Shown here one piece after another: positions 1 to 25,939 of a DNA stretch of 64,000 nucleotides. The stretch comes from the human T2T-CHM13v2.0 reference genome, Homo sapiens: NCBI RefSeq assembly GCF_009914755.1, contig NC_060940.1; one strand, written 5' to 3'. The notes beneath the pieces are model-generated. The model did not search any database and had not been told where the DNA came from. It worked only from the letters and a program-made list of their open reading frames with translations. How positions within the stretch are numbered: position 1 is the first letter of the stretch; every line of letters starts with the position of its first letter. The translations under genes were made by a program, and so were the position numbers.

Positions 1-179
1 GGACTTTTTTTTTTTATTTGGACATTTTTAAATTAAAATTACAGATTGGAAGGGATCTAGTACACTACACCTTGGACAAATACTTTTTTGTGAAGTCAGT
101 AAAGCCTTTGCGTGCAATATAGCATCTCTATGCAATGCAGCAACTCCTTGTCTATCACTACAGTAAGAAAACAGCCACA

Positions 180-2960
<2,781 letters not shown>

Positions 2961-3258
2961 TATGAATGTTCCTAGGGAAAAAAAGACAGCCAAAATATAA
3001 GACCATGTATAAGAACTAACTTCAGTAGACAGAAAGAAAAAAGTACCAGGGGAAGAAGAAAGAGACCGCATTTTAAAACAACTATACAAATTTGAGCTGT
3101 AAGAAACACTGACATTTTCTATAAGCATGCTAGAGCAAATGGGAGAAATTCATAAGACGTTTTCTAGAAAATAAAACTAATATAAAAAAACTTATCAAGA
3201 TTTGTCAAGGAAAAAGAAGAAACGTTAAATATAATGGCAAGAAAACATTCCTACCAAT

Positions 3259-3264
3259 TTTATT
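3259..3264 (-). terminator. AATAAA polyadenylation signal ~130 nt after the SMG1P-derived stop codon
   Basis: TTTATT on the + strand at 3259-3264; the stop TAA is at 3397-3395. Confidence 0.45.
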
Positions 3265-3394
3265 TATCCAGGCATGTCTTAAATATGGCTGTTTGTTACA
3301 TACAGTGATTCTGCAGACATGTTGACATGACAGTGAAATACATAAATATGTAATGAGAAAAGGCTTAACTGTGGATAAAACAAAGTCATTACAA

Positions 3395-7034
<3,640 letters not shown>

Positions 7035-9388
7035 TTACAAAAATTCACGTGCTTCCACAAAGCAAGAAAATACTTTTTATTTAATGCAATTTCAACTGAA
7101 AATTAACTGCTTGCCTTGCCAGCAGTCTCTTAATATTCTAGTTCTCAGTAGCTGAATAATAATGATCCCTTTACTACAATATGTAAACATGATCTTGGCT
7201 AAAAAATCCTAAAGTGCTACTATGACAGGAAATGGAACCTGCCATCCTCTATTTCCCATATACCCAACTTCGTTTCTCCCAATGTCACTAAATGGCTGAA
7301 GCTCAGAATCTTTATCATGAAATACACCACGACAGTAATGGTATTGACAGCATGGGAATAGCCTGCCCACACATACTACAAGCTAGCTCTTGGGCTTTTG
7401 GGAATCAATCTTTCAAAACTGAACATACAAGTCACTTTAAGCTTATTAAAGTTTCTATCTACTGATGGTCTCTTTTGAAAGATAAGCACTCTCATGCTTA
7501 CCACATAATATCTTCAAAAATCATATTATTTCCAATACACACACAAACAAAATCCCCCACTTAACTATAATGGCCAATAATTGTGTACTAAATTTCTAAT
7601 AAAATGGGGGAGAAAACAGAGCAAATGTTTAAAAATATTTCTATAATATTTAACAACCAATACATACAGGATTTTATTTAGTCTACCCATAGTTTTCATT
7701 AAAAGTATCCTTGGAGGTTGGGCATAGTGACTCACATCTATCATCCTAGCACTTTGAGAGGATTAGCTGGAAGGTTCTCTTGAGTCCAGGAGTTTGAGAC
7801 CAGCCATGTCAACATAACAACACCTCATCTCTACCAAATTTGTTTTTAAATTAGTTGGGCGTGGTGGCTCACACCAGTAGTCCCACCAACTACTTGAGGC
7901 TGAGGTGGGAGGATCACTTAAGCCTGGGAGGTCAAGGCTGCAGTGAGCCAAGATCGTGCCACTGCACTCCAGCCTGGGCAACAGAGACCATGTCTCCAAA
8001 AAAAAAAGAGTGGGGGAGAGAGGGCGGAGGGGGAACCATTCTTGGCCATGCATGCACAGTGGCTCATGTCTATAATCCCAACACTTTGGGAGGCTGAGGT
8101 GGGAAGACTGCTTGAGGCCAAAAGTTCAAGACCAGCCTGGGAAACACTGAGACCCCATCTCTACAAAAATAAAAAATTAGCAGGAACTATGGTGGGAGGA
8201 TCACTTGAGCCCAAGATACAGAGGCTGCACTGAGTCGTGATGGCACCACCCCACTTTAAAAAGAAAAACAAAAAAAGCTGGGTATGGTGACACCCGCTTG
8301 TAGGGCTGAGTGAATGGGAAGTTCACCTGGGCCCAAGAGTTCAAGACTACAGTGAGCTATGATTGCACTACTACACTCCAGCCTGGGTGACAGAGTGAGG
8401 CTCCAGCTCCAAAAATAAATAAAAAAAATAAAAACCCCACCATTCTACCATTCTCAAAGGCCTAAAAGATCCTCATAAATCAATATACACCTATCCTATA
8501 AATTATGTCCCTTTTATTTTATGTCTGAATTAACGGCTTTTTATTTCAACTCTGTACAGTCTTCAACCACCTTTTAGACATTAAAAATGAAGCAAAGATA
8601 TTAAACCATTTTGAAACCATATTGGTTTAAAATACCAATATGCTGGTTTCATTTATCTTTAAGTTCTGACATTTCTGCTCAAGTACACAACTTACTATAT
8701 AATCAATATCCTATTTTATTTAGCAACATGTTCAGCAAAAGTATATGCTCCTAAAAGCGAGTTTTATCCTAACAGTAAAATTTTCATCAGTTAGATTAAT
8801 TTTTTTATGACTGTATCACACATGCTTCTTTCTCCTTATTCAAAGCAGAGTACAATGCCTGGGGTTCATTTCTTGTGTCTTTTCCACTGAACCCTCATTG
8901 GATGTGCTATATACAGTGCAGCTAATGTTTGAGGCTGCTGAAGTGTGGCAATCTAGCTACCTCATTTTTAATTTGTTTATGTTCTTTGATATCAGGCTAT
9001 CAAAGAATATAAAGATATACAAGTTTTCATATGAGTTCCATCTTATGCTCAGAGAAGGTTACTTTCTGAGGCTTCTCCTATAGTGTGCTATTCGTAATAT
9101 GTTGAAAAACTAAAAGGAAACCCAATAATTTAAAAGTAAAATTATAAGAAGGGGCTGGTGTTTGGGGCACCTCAAACTCACAACATTGGGAATCTTTGTG
9201 GGTCCGGGAATGGTAATCCTGAGGCCTCAGAACACAGGTTTCAGATTGATAGGCCTGCAGGTCTCCAGGCAGCAACCAGCTGAGCGACTAAAGGGCCCAA
9301 GGCCAGGGCTCTAGGGATGGGGCTCAGCAGAGGCTGGGGTAAGGGGAGCCAGGGAGGAGCTGGGCCTAATGCAGCACCGGGTCCCCAG

Positions 9389-9600
9389 GATGCCGTGTCT
9401 CGGCTGGAGGAGGAGATGCGGAAGCTCCAGGCCACGGTGCAGGAGCTCCAGAAGCGCTTGGACAGGCTGGAGGAGACAGTCCAGGCCAAGTAGAGCCCCG
9501 CAGGGCCTCCAGCAGGGTCAGCCATTCACACCCATCCACTCACCTCCCATTCCCAGCCACATGGCAGAGAAAAAAATCATAATAAAATGGCTTTATTTTC
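9389..9600 (+). pseudogene. Orphan last exon of CORO1A (coronin-1A coiled coil) with 3' UTR
   Basis: cag|GAT at 9389 gives [34 protein letters not shown] (TAG 9491-9493), the CORO1A C-terminus. AATAAA at 9581-9586. Only ~240 nt of the preceding intron is present. Confidence 0.9.
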
Positions 9601-10610
9601 TGGTACCTCCCAGACTCTGATGACTGGTCCCCTAGACACGCAGTTTGCTGAACCAACCAGCCCTAGAGCTTCCCCTCCACCGCGCTGAGGGGACTGACCC
9701 ATGGCAGGGGATGTGGGATGCCCCCTGACTTACTACATCACAGGAACAGGGCCTTCGTGGGTAGAAACCAGCCATGCTGATGTGGGCCAGGAGGCTGCTC
9801 TCCGTTTCCGAGCTCCTTCTCAGAGCTGACACAGCTGAACTATTTAAGGCCCTAGCTTAGAACCTCAATAATTCCCAAATTTACCAAAAATCTGCCTTTC
9901 CTAGTCAACCAAAACATCACGTTGCACGTGACTCTGCTGGCACTGTTGCTTGTGAGGAAATGAACCAACCATCACTTACAGGGTAGGCATCTTTTAAACT
10001 GCAGGTCCAAAGATAAAAATAACGAGGGAGGCTGGGCATGGGGACTCACGTCTATAATCCCAGCACTGTGGGAGGCTGAGGCGGCAGGATCATTTGAGCC
10101 CAGGAGTTTGAGACCTGCCTGAGCAACACGGCGAGATACCGTCTCTACGAAAAATAAAATAAAAAATTAGCCAGGCATGGTGGTGGGCACCTATAGTTCC
10201 AGCTACTCAGGAGGCTGAGGCAGGAGGATCCCTTGAGCCCAGGAGGTCGAGGCTGCAATGAGCCATTGCACCACTGCACTGCAGCCTGGGTGACAGAGCA
10301 AGACACTGTCTCTAAAAAATATAAATAGGCCGGGTGTGGCAGCTCACGCCTGTAATCCCAGCACTTTAGGAGGCCAAGGTGGGTGAATCACCTGAGGTCA
10401 GAAGTTCGAGACCAGCCTGGCCAACATGGTGAAACCCCATCTCTACTAAAAATACAAAAATTAGCTGGGCATGGTGGCAGGCGCCTGTAATCTCAGCTAC
10501 TCAGGAGGCTGAGGCAAGAGAATTGCTTGAATCCGGGAGGCAAAGGTTGCAGTGAGCCGAGATCATGCCATTGTACTCCAGCCTGGGGGACAGGAGTGAG
10601 ACTTCGTCTC

Positions 10611-10614
10611 AAAA

Positions 10615-10654
<40 letters not shown>

Positions 10655-11017
10655 TAAATGTATAAATACATCATATATATTTTAATATATAAATATATTA
10701 TATATATTATATATTTTAATATATAAATATATTATATATAATATATTTTAATATATAAATATTATATATATTATATTTTAATATATAAATATTATATATA
10801 TTAATTATATATTTTAATATAATATATATTATATTATATAATAATAAATTATATATTATATTATATAGTAATAAGTTATATATTATACTATATAATAATA
10901 TAGTATAATATATAATATATATTATAATATATATTATATTATATTATATTATATATTATAATATAAATTATATATATTTTATATATATGTTTTATATATT
11001 ATATATTTTAATATATG
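10611..11017. repeat. AT-rich low-complexity/minisatellite tract growing from an Alu poly(A) tail
   Basis: About 400 nt almost devoid of G/C. A13-(TA)11-T10 is followed by about four imperfect ~30-nt units ATATTTTAATATATAAATATTATATAT. Confidence 0.95.
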
Positions 11018-11710
11018 AAACAGGGGAACTTCTTCTAAGGAAAAGACAGAATTAAGGCAACAGGCTGATCCTAGTTTACCAGAGAAGAAACTGAGGCCGG
11101 GAGCAGGAGCCCAGCTCACTGAAGGGCAGATCCCAAGTCAGAGTCCAAGTCTCCCCACTTTTTTATTTATTTAATTTTTTCTGAGATGGAGTTTCATTCT
11201 TGTTGCCCAAATTGAGTACAATGGCACAATCTCGGCTCACCGCAACCTCTGCCTTCTGGGTTCAAGCCATTCTCGTGCCTCAGACTCCCAAGTAGCTGGG
11301 ATTACAGGCATGTGCCACCACGTCCGGCTAACTTTTGTGTTTTCAGTAGAGGTGGGGTCTCACCATGTTGGCCAGACTGGTCTCAAACTCCTGGCCTCAA
11401 GTCATCTGCCTGCCTCAGCCTCCCAAAGTGCTGGGATTACAGGCATGAGCCGCTGTGCCTGGCCTTATGTCTCCCCTTTTGAATTCAGAGCCTTCCCCCG
11501 TGTAGTGAGTGCTTCTGCCTCTCTAGCCCTTCCTGTGGGTTCTGCCTGGGCCTGACCTCTGTGAGAGACCTGGCAGGAACAGGTCTGTCAGGCCTTGTGG
11601 GGAGTGGGTGTGGGAATAGGTTTTGATACCCAACTTAGCAGGTGATCCTGAGATGGGAGGACACAGGGCTGTTTGGGATGGGCGTCTTAGCCATAGTAAG
11701 GTTTGGTTCA

Positions 11711-12287
<577 letters not shown>

Positions 12288-12621
12288 TCAAAACAAACAA
12301 ACAAACAAACAAAAAAACGCAGGAAAAGAGTGTGTGATGGCTGAAACTTGCAATTTCTCACTCTCAACGAGCCCTGGCCCCAACTAGGTTATTTGGGCTC
12401 CCTCCCTAGGTCTCAGGGACCTCTGTTCAAAGTCCTAGCAATCTGGGCCAGGTACAATGGCTCACGCCTAAAATTCCAGCACTTTAGGAGACCAAGGCGG
12501 GCAGATCACTTGAGGCCAGGAGTTTGAGACTGGCCTGGCCAACATGGTGAAACCCTGTCTCTACTAAAAGTACAAAAATTAGCCGGGCATGGTGGTGCAC
12601 CCCTGTAATCCCAGCTACTCA

Positions 12622-12780
<159 letters not shown>

Positions 12781-13469
12781 TTATGAAGACTGATACAGGG
12801 GCATCACCTGCCCCAATTTTCTGACTCAGGTCAGCCTTATATTCCTACTCTAATCTCACCCCTATCCCCGTCCCACACCCACTATTCTTAAAACCTCCAT
12901 GGTCCTCCGGGGGCAGCTGTAGACACATTAAGCCCAGGGCTATGGGGCCACTGGAACCTTCTCCAGTGGGTCTGAAAACATCAGCATTCCAGGAGTTGAT
13001 GAGCCCCTACCTGGGCACCACTCCCTCTTGGGCCTGAGAAGGCCGGGGGGAACCTGCAAGGAATATGTGGAATTCTATATGGTGCCTCTGATACTGCGGT
13101 AATGTCAGGGAGAGGTTTGTTCAACTGGTCAGGGCCCTGAAACCCCGATCACTTTCTCATCTCTGCATCTTGAAGGCTAGCAGAGAGGAGGAACCCTGAG
13201 CTCTCTAGGAGGTGGGTAGGTGGTGGCAGTACAGACTCCTAGATGTCTAAACGGAGTTGCAGAGAGAAGGCTTTCTCGGTAGACCCTGGAAGGGACTTTT
13301 ACGGTAGAACTTTCATTTTACAAGCAGGGATAGAGGCCTAGATGGGGACAGAGACGTGTCCAAGGTAAAACAATGGACGGAGGCAGGGCAGGGAGAGGCC
13401 AGGTCCTAGACTCGGCCTCAGCACCCCTCCCACACACACATCGACACAGAAGCTGGTCCAGATTTATAA

Positions 13470-13475
13470 TTTAAT
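13470..13475 (-). terminator. BOLA2 polyadenylation signal ATTAAA
   Basis: TTTAAT on the + strand, 21 nt beyond the BOLA2 stop. Confidence 0.7.
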
Positions 13476-13496
13476 GGCTGTGCAGATCCCAGTCCC

Positions 13497-14117
13497 TCAT
13501 TTCTGTCGCTCACGTGCCCACTGGTCTGGGGTCAGGGTTTTCTGTTCAAAGGCATGGATGTGCGGGAGCTCTTCTGCTAGGCACGCGTTCACCAGCCTGG
13601 GGCGAGAGATGGGGTTAGGAAAAGGCCAGCGGTGATCGCACACCCCGAGGCTAGGGTGACCCAAGAGACTGGTGTCCCCAAGGTTGTAGTCCCCAGGCCG
13701 TGGGAACACGTACTTGGAGAGAGGGTCTACATCGAAATACTCGAAGCAGGGGTCACGAAGGCGGGATCCTCAAGGTCCCTGAGCCACGCCAGGGGGAGTG
13801 CGGGAGTCAGGTTGCAGGGGTAGGGGGAGTGGCTGGGGTTGTGGTACAGGAGCTAGGCAAGGTGCTCCCAGGGCCTTACCTGTGTCTCTGAAGCAGCGGT
13901 TTCCCCTCGAACTTGGCCGACACCACCAGGACTCGGAAGCTACAGGAGCAACGGTTGAGGGTCGTGTCCTCCACCTCCTACCGAGCGGAAGAATATGAAT
14001 GGTGCCGAACCCGCCCCCCGAGCTCTTTTCCCCTTGTCCGGCGGCTCAACTCACCACATGCTCCGCCTCCAGGTCCCGCTGCAGCTTCTCGCGGAGGTAT
14101 TCGGCGCTGAGTTCCAT
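13497..14117 (-). CDS. BOLA2: BolA-like protein 2 (cytosolic Fe-S chaperone, GLRX3 partner), 86 aa; exons 14117-14055, 13977-13880, 13596-13497
   Basis: 63+98+100 = 261 nt with canonical GT-AG introns: MELSAEYLREKLQRDLEAEHV/EVEDTTLNRCSCSFRVLVVSAKFEGKPLLQRHR/LVNACLAEELPHIHAFEQKTLTPDQWARERQK*. An upstream in-frame ATG at 14315 would add 66 aa. Confidence 0.97.
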
Positions 14118-14606
14118 GGCGGCAGTCCAGCTGGAACGGCAGCCCAGCAGGGACACAACCCCAGCTCGGGCGCCGGCCACGCTACCTTGCTGCCTTACAG
14201 GAGCCACTTCCGCTGGAAAACTCACTTCCGCCCTTACTAAGGCGTACGTCAACGCAGTACTTCCGCCCTCAAGCAGCCGGGCTTTCCAGCGGTCCAGGCT
14301 TTTCGCGCTTGCCATGTGTCAGCCAATCAGAGCCTGAGGAAGGTGGGACTCGGGCGGAGCCGATGCTGAATGGTACGCGCTCGCCGACTGGACAGCAGTC
14401 TGGCTTCCGCGGTCGGACTTCTACACCCGCCTCCAGACAGGAGAGGGGCACGTACCGGCGCTACGGCTTCCTGCAGGCTGCCTCCGGATAGTCCCCGAGA
14501 GCTTGTTCCGAAGCAAGCACCCTGCAGCCCTAGCGATCCAGCCCTCCCCTGGACCCTAGGTCACGGCAATCAACCCCCTGCTGTGGTTCCCGAACCCCAA
14601 GGCCCG
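14118..14606. promoter_or_regulatory. Bidirectional CpG-island promoter shared by BOLA2 and SLX1
   Basis: Divergent ATGs 490 nt apart within a CpG-rich region (~13900-15750). Three ETS/GABP cores ACTTCCG (14206, 14224, 14259) and a CCAAT box AGCCAATCAG (~14320). Confidence 0.85.
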
Positions 14607-17989
<3,383 letters not shown>

Positions 17990-19139
17990 TCCTCAGTGTC
18001 CTTACCCCCTCCTACCTCTTTTCTGTGCCACCTGCTGTGGGTCCAGCAGGTTTTTACTTGAGTACAATAAAAAGTCTGAGTCAAGGGTGCCTTATGGTGG
18101 ATGCTGAGGGGAGGGGCGGAGCTAGTAGCCCAAGGTCCTGCCAGTCACGGGGCTTCCTCGGGGCACAGAGGAGGCAGGAGGGGCCCCTGGCCCTAGCACG
18201 TGAACAGCTTCTACTCTGCCTGGAAACCCCATGCCTCAGCTTTCCCCTACTTGCCTCTGAGCTCATGCAATTCTTGGAAGCCTGGGAGACTTACCTTGAA
18301 ATTGAATGCAAATAGGACAAAGACCAAGGAGGATGGGGGGATGCCCTCCTTCCACGGGGCCCTGTGGCTTCCAAGTCTTAATCTCCTCTAGTCTCTTGTC
18401 TACGGAGCCTCCTTCAAACCCAGGGAAAGAAAAGCACCTGCCAGGGTTGTTTTTCTTCTAGGATCTTCTATTGATGTTCTGTGAGGTCCCCCAGGAGCCA
18501 TGAAGCTAGGGCTGGCTCCTAGGGCAATGGGACTACAGTGTCCTTGTCCTTTCTTATTCTTTCTGTTCTTTCTTTCTTTCTTTTTTTTTTTTTTTTTTTT
18601 TTTTTTGAGACAGAGTCTCACTCTGTTGCCCAGGCTGGAGTGCAGTGGTGTGATCTGGGCTCACTGAAACCTCCGCCTCCTGGGTTCAAGTGATTCTCTT
18701 GCCTCAGCCTCCTGAGTAGCTAGGATTACAGGTGCCCGCCATCATGCCCAGCTAATTTTTGTATTTTTAGTAGAGACAGGGTTTCACCATGTTGGCCAGC
18801 TTGGTCTCGAACTCCTGACCTCAGGTGATCCTGCTGCATCGACCTCCCAAAGTACTGGGATTACAGGCGTGAGCCACCACGCTCAGCCTCTTTCTTGTTC
18901 TATATGTCCATGCTCTGCTCCACTTCTGCCCCTTCACTCTGCCCCCACACATCACTCCAGACTGGCCTTGTGGTCAGAGCCTGGAATGCCTGGGCTGCTG
19001 GGGGCCTGTGGACTGCACTGGGCCAGAACCCCTGCCGCCTTCAAGACTGGCCTGTAGCCAGCAGGTAGGTGACTTTTCCCAGGCCGGCCTATCCCACCTT
19101 TCCCCTCCACTCACTCACCTCCCTTGCCTGGGTCAATTA

Positions 19140-19517
<378 letters not shown>

Positions 19518-19679
19518 CTAGTGACAGCTCAAAAAAAAAAAAACCCAAATACCAATGTTGGCCCCTTTTGCCTTTCATTCATGTGTTTTCTATACACTAA
19601 ACTCACATATTGGGTTTGCAGATCACTCCAAGCTTGGCTGGAGCTGTGGTGGTAAGGAGGGTAATAGAGAAGCTTCCCC

Positions 19680-19850
19680 ACCCTCAACCCCACCCCTTCC
19701 TTCCTGGAGTTCCCAGCCCTGACTTTAGATCCCTCCCACACTGGACCTTCAAAACCCTCAGGGCAGAGAGCAGCCCTACACTCCCTACACCACACCCATA
19801 CTCAGCCCCTGCAGGCAAGGAGAGAACAGGTCAGGTTCCCGAGAGCTCAG
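19680..19850 (+). promoter_or_regulatory. SULT1A3/4 promoter and non-coding first exon (donor CAG|GTGAGT at 19850/19851)
   Basis: Strong donor site, ETS-like CTTCCTTCC upstream, and a conserved paralogous copy at ~29600-29770. A further candidate UTR exon ends at 20733 (CAG|GTGACT). The TSS is approximate. Confidence 0.6.
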
Positions 19851-21242
19851 GTGAGTGACACGTTGGAATGGCCCAGGGCACCTTCACCCTGCTCAGCTTG
19901 TGGCTCCAACATTCTAGAAGCCGAGGCCTCTGCCATCCCTGCCCTTTCCCATGGATATTCCATTTCAATTAGACAACCCAGCCTGGCCGGAATCCCCCTG
20001 CGTTCCTTCTTTTCCTTTGTGTATTTTTGAGACAGGGTGTTGCTCCGTCACCCAGGCTGGAGTGTAGTGGGATCCTGGCCCACTGCAGCCTCAAATTCCT
20101 AGGCTGAGGCAATCCTGCCGCCTCAGCCTCCTGAGTAGCTGGGGTTACAAGAGCAAGCCACCACACCCAGCTAATTTTGAAAAATATTTTTTGTAGAGGA
20201 GAGGTCTTGCTTTGTTGTCCAGGTTGGTCTCAAACTCCAGGGCTCAAGGGATCCTTTCCCGTTGGCCTCCCAAGGCTCTGGGATTACAGGCGGGAGTCAC
20301 CCTGCCTGGGCCCCTCCTTTTGATGAGTCATCAGTTTTCATTCCCGCACGAGGCTCTAGCCCCTGGTACCAGCTTAGTTGCTCAATGGGCTGTGTTTGTT
20401 CTGGAGCCCAGATGGACTGTGGCCAGGCAAGTGGATCACAGACCTGGCCGGCCTGGGAGGTTTCCACATGTGAGGGGCATGAGGGGGGCTCAAGGAGGGG
20501 AGCATCGGGGAGAGGAGCGCACTGGGTGGAGGCTGGGGGTCCCAGCAGGAAATGGTGAGACAAAGGGCGCTGGCTGGCAGGGAGACAGCACAGGCAGGCC
20601 CTAGAGCTTCCTCAGCACAGCTGGACTCTCCTGGAGACCTTCACACACCCTGATATCTGGGCCCCGCGCTACGAGGGTGCTTTCACTGGTCTGCACTATG
20701 CCCCAGGCCCTGGGATTTTGAACAGCTCTGCAGGTGACTGAAAGGTGCGGCCAGGCTGGGGAACGACCTGGTTTCAGCCCCAGCCCCGCCACTGACTGAC
20801 TTTGTGAGTGCGGGCAAGTCACTCAGCCTCCCTAGGCCTCAGTGACTTCCCTGAAAGCAAAAACTCTGCAAAGGGGCAGCTGGGTGCTGGCTCACACCTG
20901 TAATCCCAGCACTTTGGGAGGCTGAGGTAGACAAATCACTTGAGGCCAGGAGTTCTAGACCAGCCTGGCCAACATGGTGAAACCCCATCTCTACTAAAGA
21001 AAAAAAAAAATTAGCTGAGCATGGTTGTACATGCTTGTAATCCCAGCTACTTGGGATGCCGAGGCGGGAGGATTGCTTGAACCCAAGAGGTGGAGTTTGC
21101 AGTGAGCTGAGATTGTGCCACACTGCACTCCAGCTTGGGTGAGAGTGAGACTCCATCTCAAAAAAAAAAAAAAAAAAGAGAGAATCCCACTTTCTTGCTG
21201 TTGTGATGGTGGTAAGGGAACGGGCCTGGCTCTGGCCCCTGA

Positions 21243-24510
<3,268 letters not shown>

Positions 24511-25022
24511 GTATGATTTTTGAGTCAGGCACAGTGGCTCATGTCTGCAATCCCAGCGATTTGGGAGGTTGAGCTGGTAGGATCACAATAGGCCACGAAT
24601 TTGAGACCAGCCTGGTAAAATAGTGAGACCTCATCTCTACAAAGATGTAAAAAAATTAGCCACATGTGCTGGCACTTACCTGTAGTCCCAGCTACTTGGG
24701 AAGCAGAGGCTGGAGGATCATTTCAGCCCAGGAGGTTGTGGATACAGTGAGTTATGACATGCCCATTCACTACAGCCTGGATGACAAGCAAGACCCTCCC
24801 TCCAAAGAAAATAAAGCTCAATTAAAATAAAATATGATTTGTGTTCATGTAGAGCCTGTATTGGAAAGGAAGAGAAACTCTGAGCTGAAAGAGTGAATGC
24901 CCGGTGGGGCCACATATGGTCACCTCTCCCCCAGCCTTCAGCTCCCCAGGTCACCATATCTGGGGAGGGGAGAAGGGTTTGGAGAAGTAAAACCCAGGAG
25001 ATGTGTGGAGGGGGGATGTCTG

Positions 25023-25612
25023 TTTAATCCCAGCACATCCTCTGCTGTCCTGCCCCAAGATGGTGGAGGACGTCGAGTCCGCCGGGCAGCGTCACTTTTT
25101 CTTGGGCTCCTTAGAAGCTACCAGGTACCTCTGGGCCACACTGAGATGAGGGGAGTAGCCGTCTGCATAGGAGGTGTCTTCAAACAGGATAGAATAGTCC
25201 TCCTGGGGCTGTGGGGCAGGTGGACAGGAAGGGCAGAGAGCAGCCCCGGGGCTGGTGTCACTCACTTGTTGGTGGCATGGCTGTAACTGACCACCTCGGC
25301 CAGGATCCACTGCTCATCCCCATCCACGGCCTTCACCCGGGCAGCCACCTTGTCTCCAGGTCTGGCCACGTAGTCTCCTGAGGCAGGGATGGCCCCACAG
25401 AGGGGTGGGGGCCTGTGAGTGGAACAAAGGATCAGTCCCAGCCCCTGGGCACCAGCCCCTTCCTCGCAGCTGCTGCCCTCACTTGTCACCAGGCTTCCCA
25501 ATCCACAGGGGCAGGGTCATGGCCGACTGCTGCAGCAGGGTCATCAGCACCCCTCTGCGCATGGTCTTCCGGGGTGGCTCCAAGTCATTGTAGAGACCCG
25601 CGATCTTGGCCA
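25023..25612 (-). pseudogene. SGF29 (CCDC101) 3' partial duplicate; exons 25612-25483, 25412-25266, 25208-25092
   Basis: AKIAGLYNDLEPPRKTMRRGVLMTLLQQSAMTLPLWIGKPGDK / PPPLCGAIPASGDYVARPGDKVAARVKAVDGDEQWILAEVVSYSHATNK / PQEDYSILFEDTSYADGYSPHLSVAQRYLVASKEPKKK* match the SGF29 tandem-Tudor region. ATTAAA at 25028-25023. The 5' exons and two internal exons are absent. Confidence 0.9.
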
Positions 25613-25939
25613 CTGTGGGAAGAAAGGGAGGCCTGAGGCCCCAGGGACAGGGGCTGGCCCTGACCCCCCAGCATGCTGAACTGAGCTGCTGGAGGAGCAC
25701 CTGGGAGCCCCCAGCTCCCGAGTGAGCCCGAGGGCACAGCAGGACTGTGACCTGATCTGCCAGGTGTCCTACAGGGGCTGCTGCGCTCAACTACATATGG
25801 GTGAGACGGCAGCACACCAGGCACCCAGGGGAAGGAACCAGGGAGGGACAAAGCGGGTTCTGAGGTGCTGGTGAGGTTCTCTTCTTGATGTCGGTGCTGA
25901 CACAGAAGTGTGTTTCGTTAGTGAAAAGTTCCTAAAATT

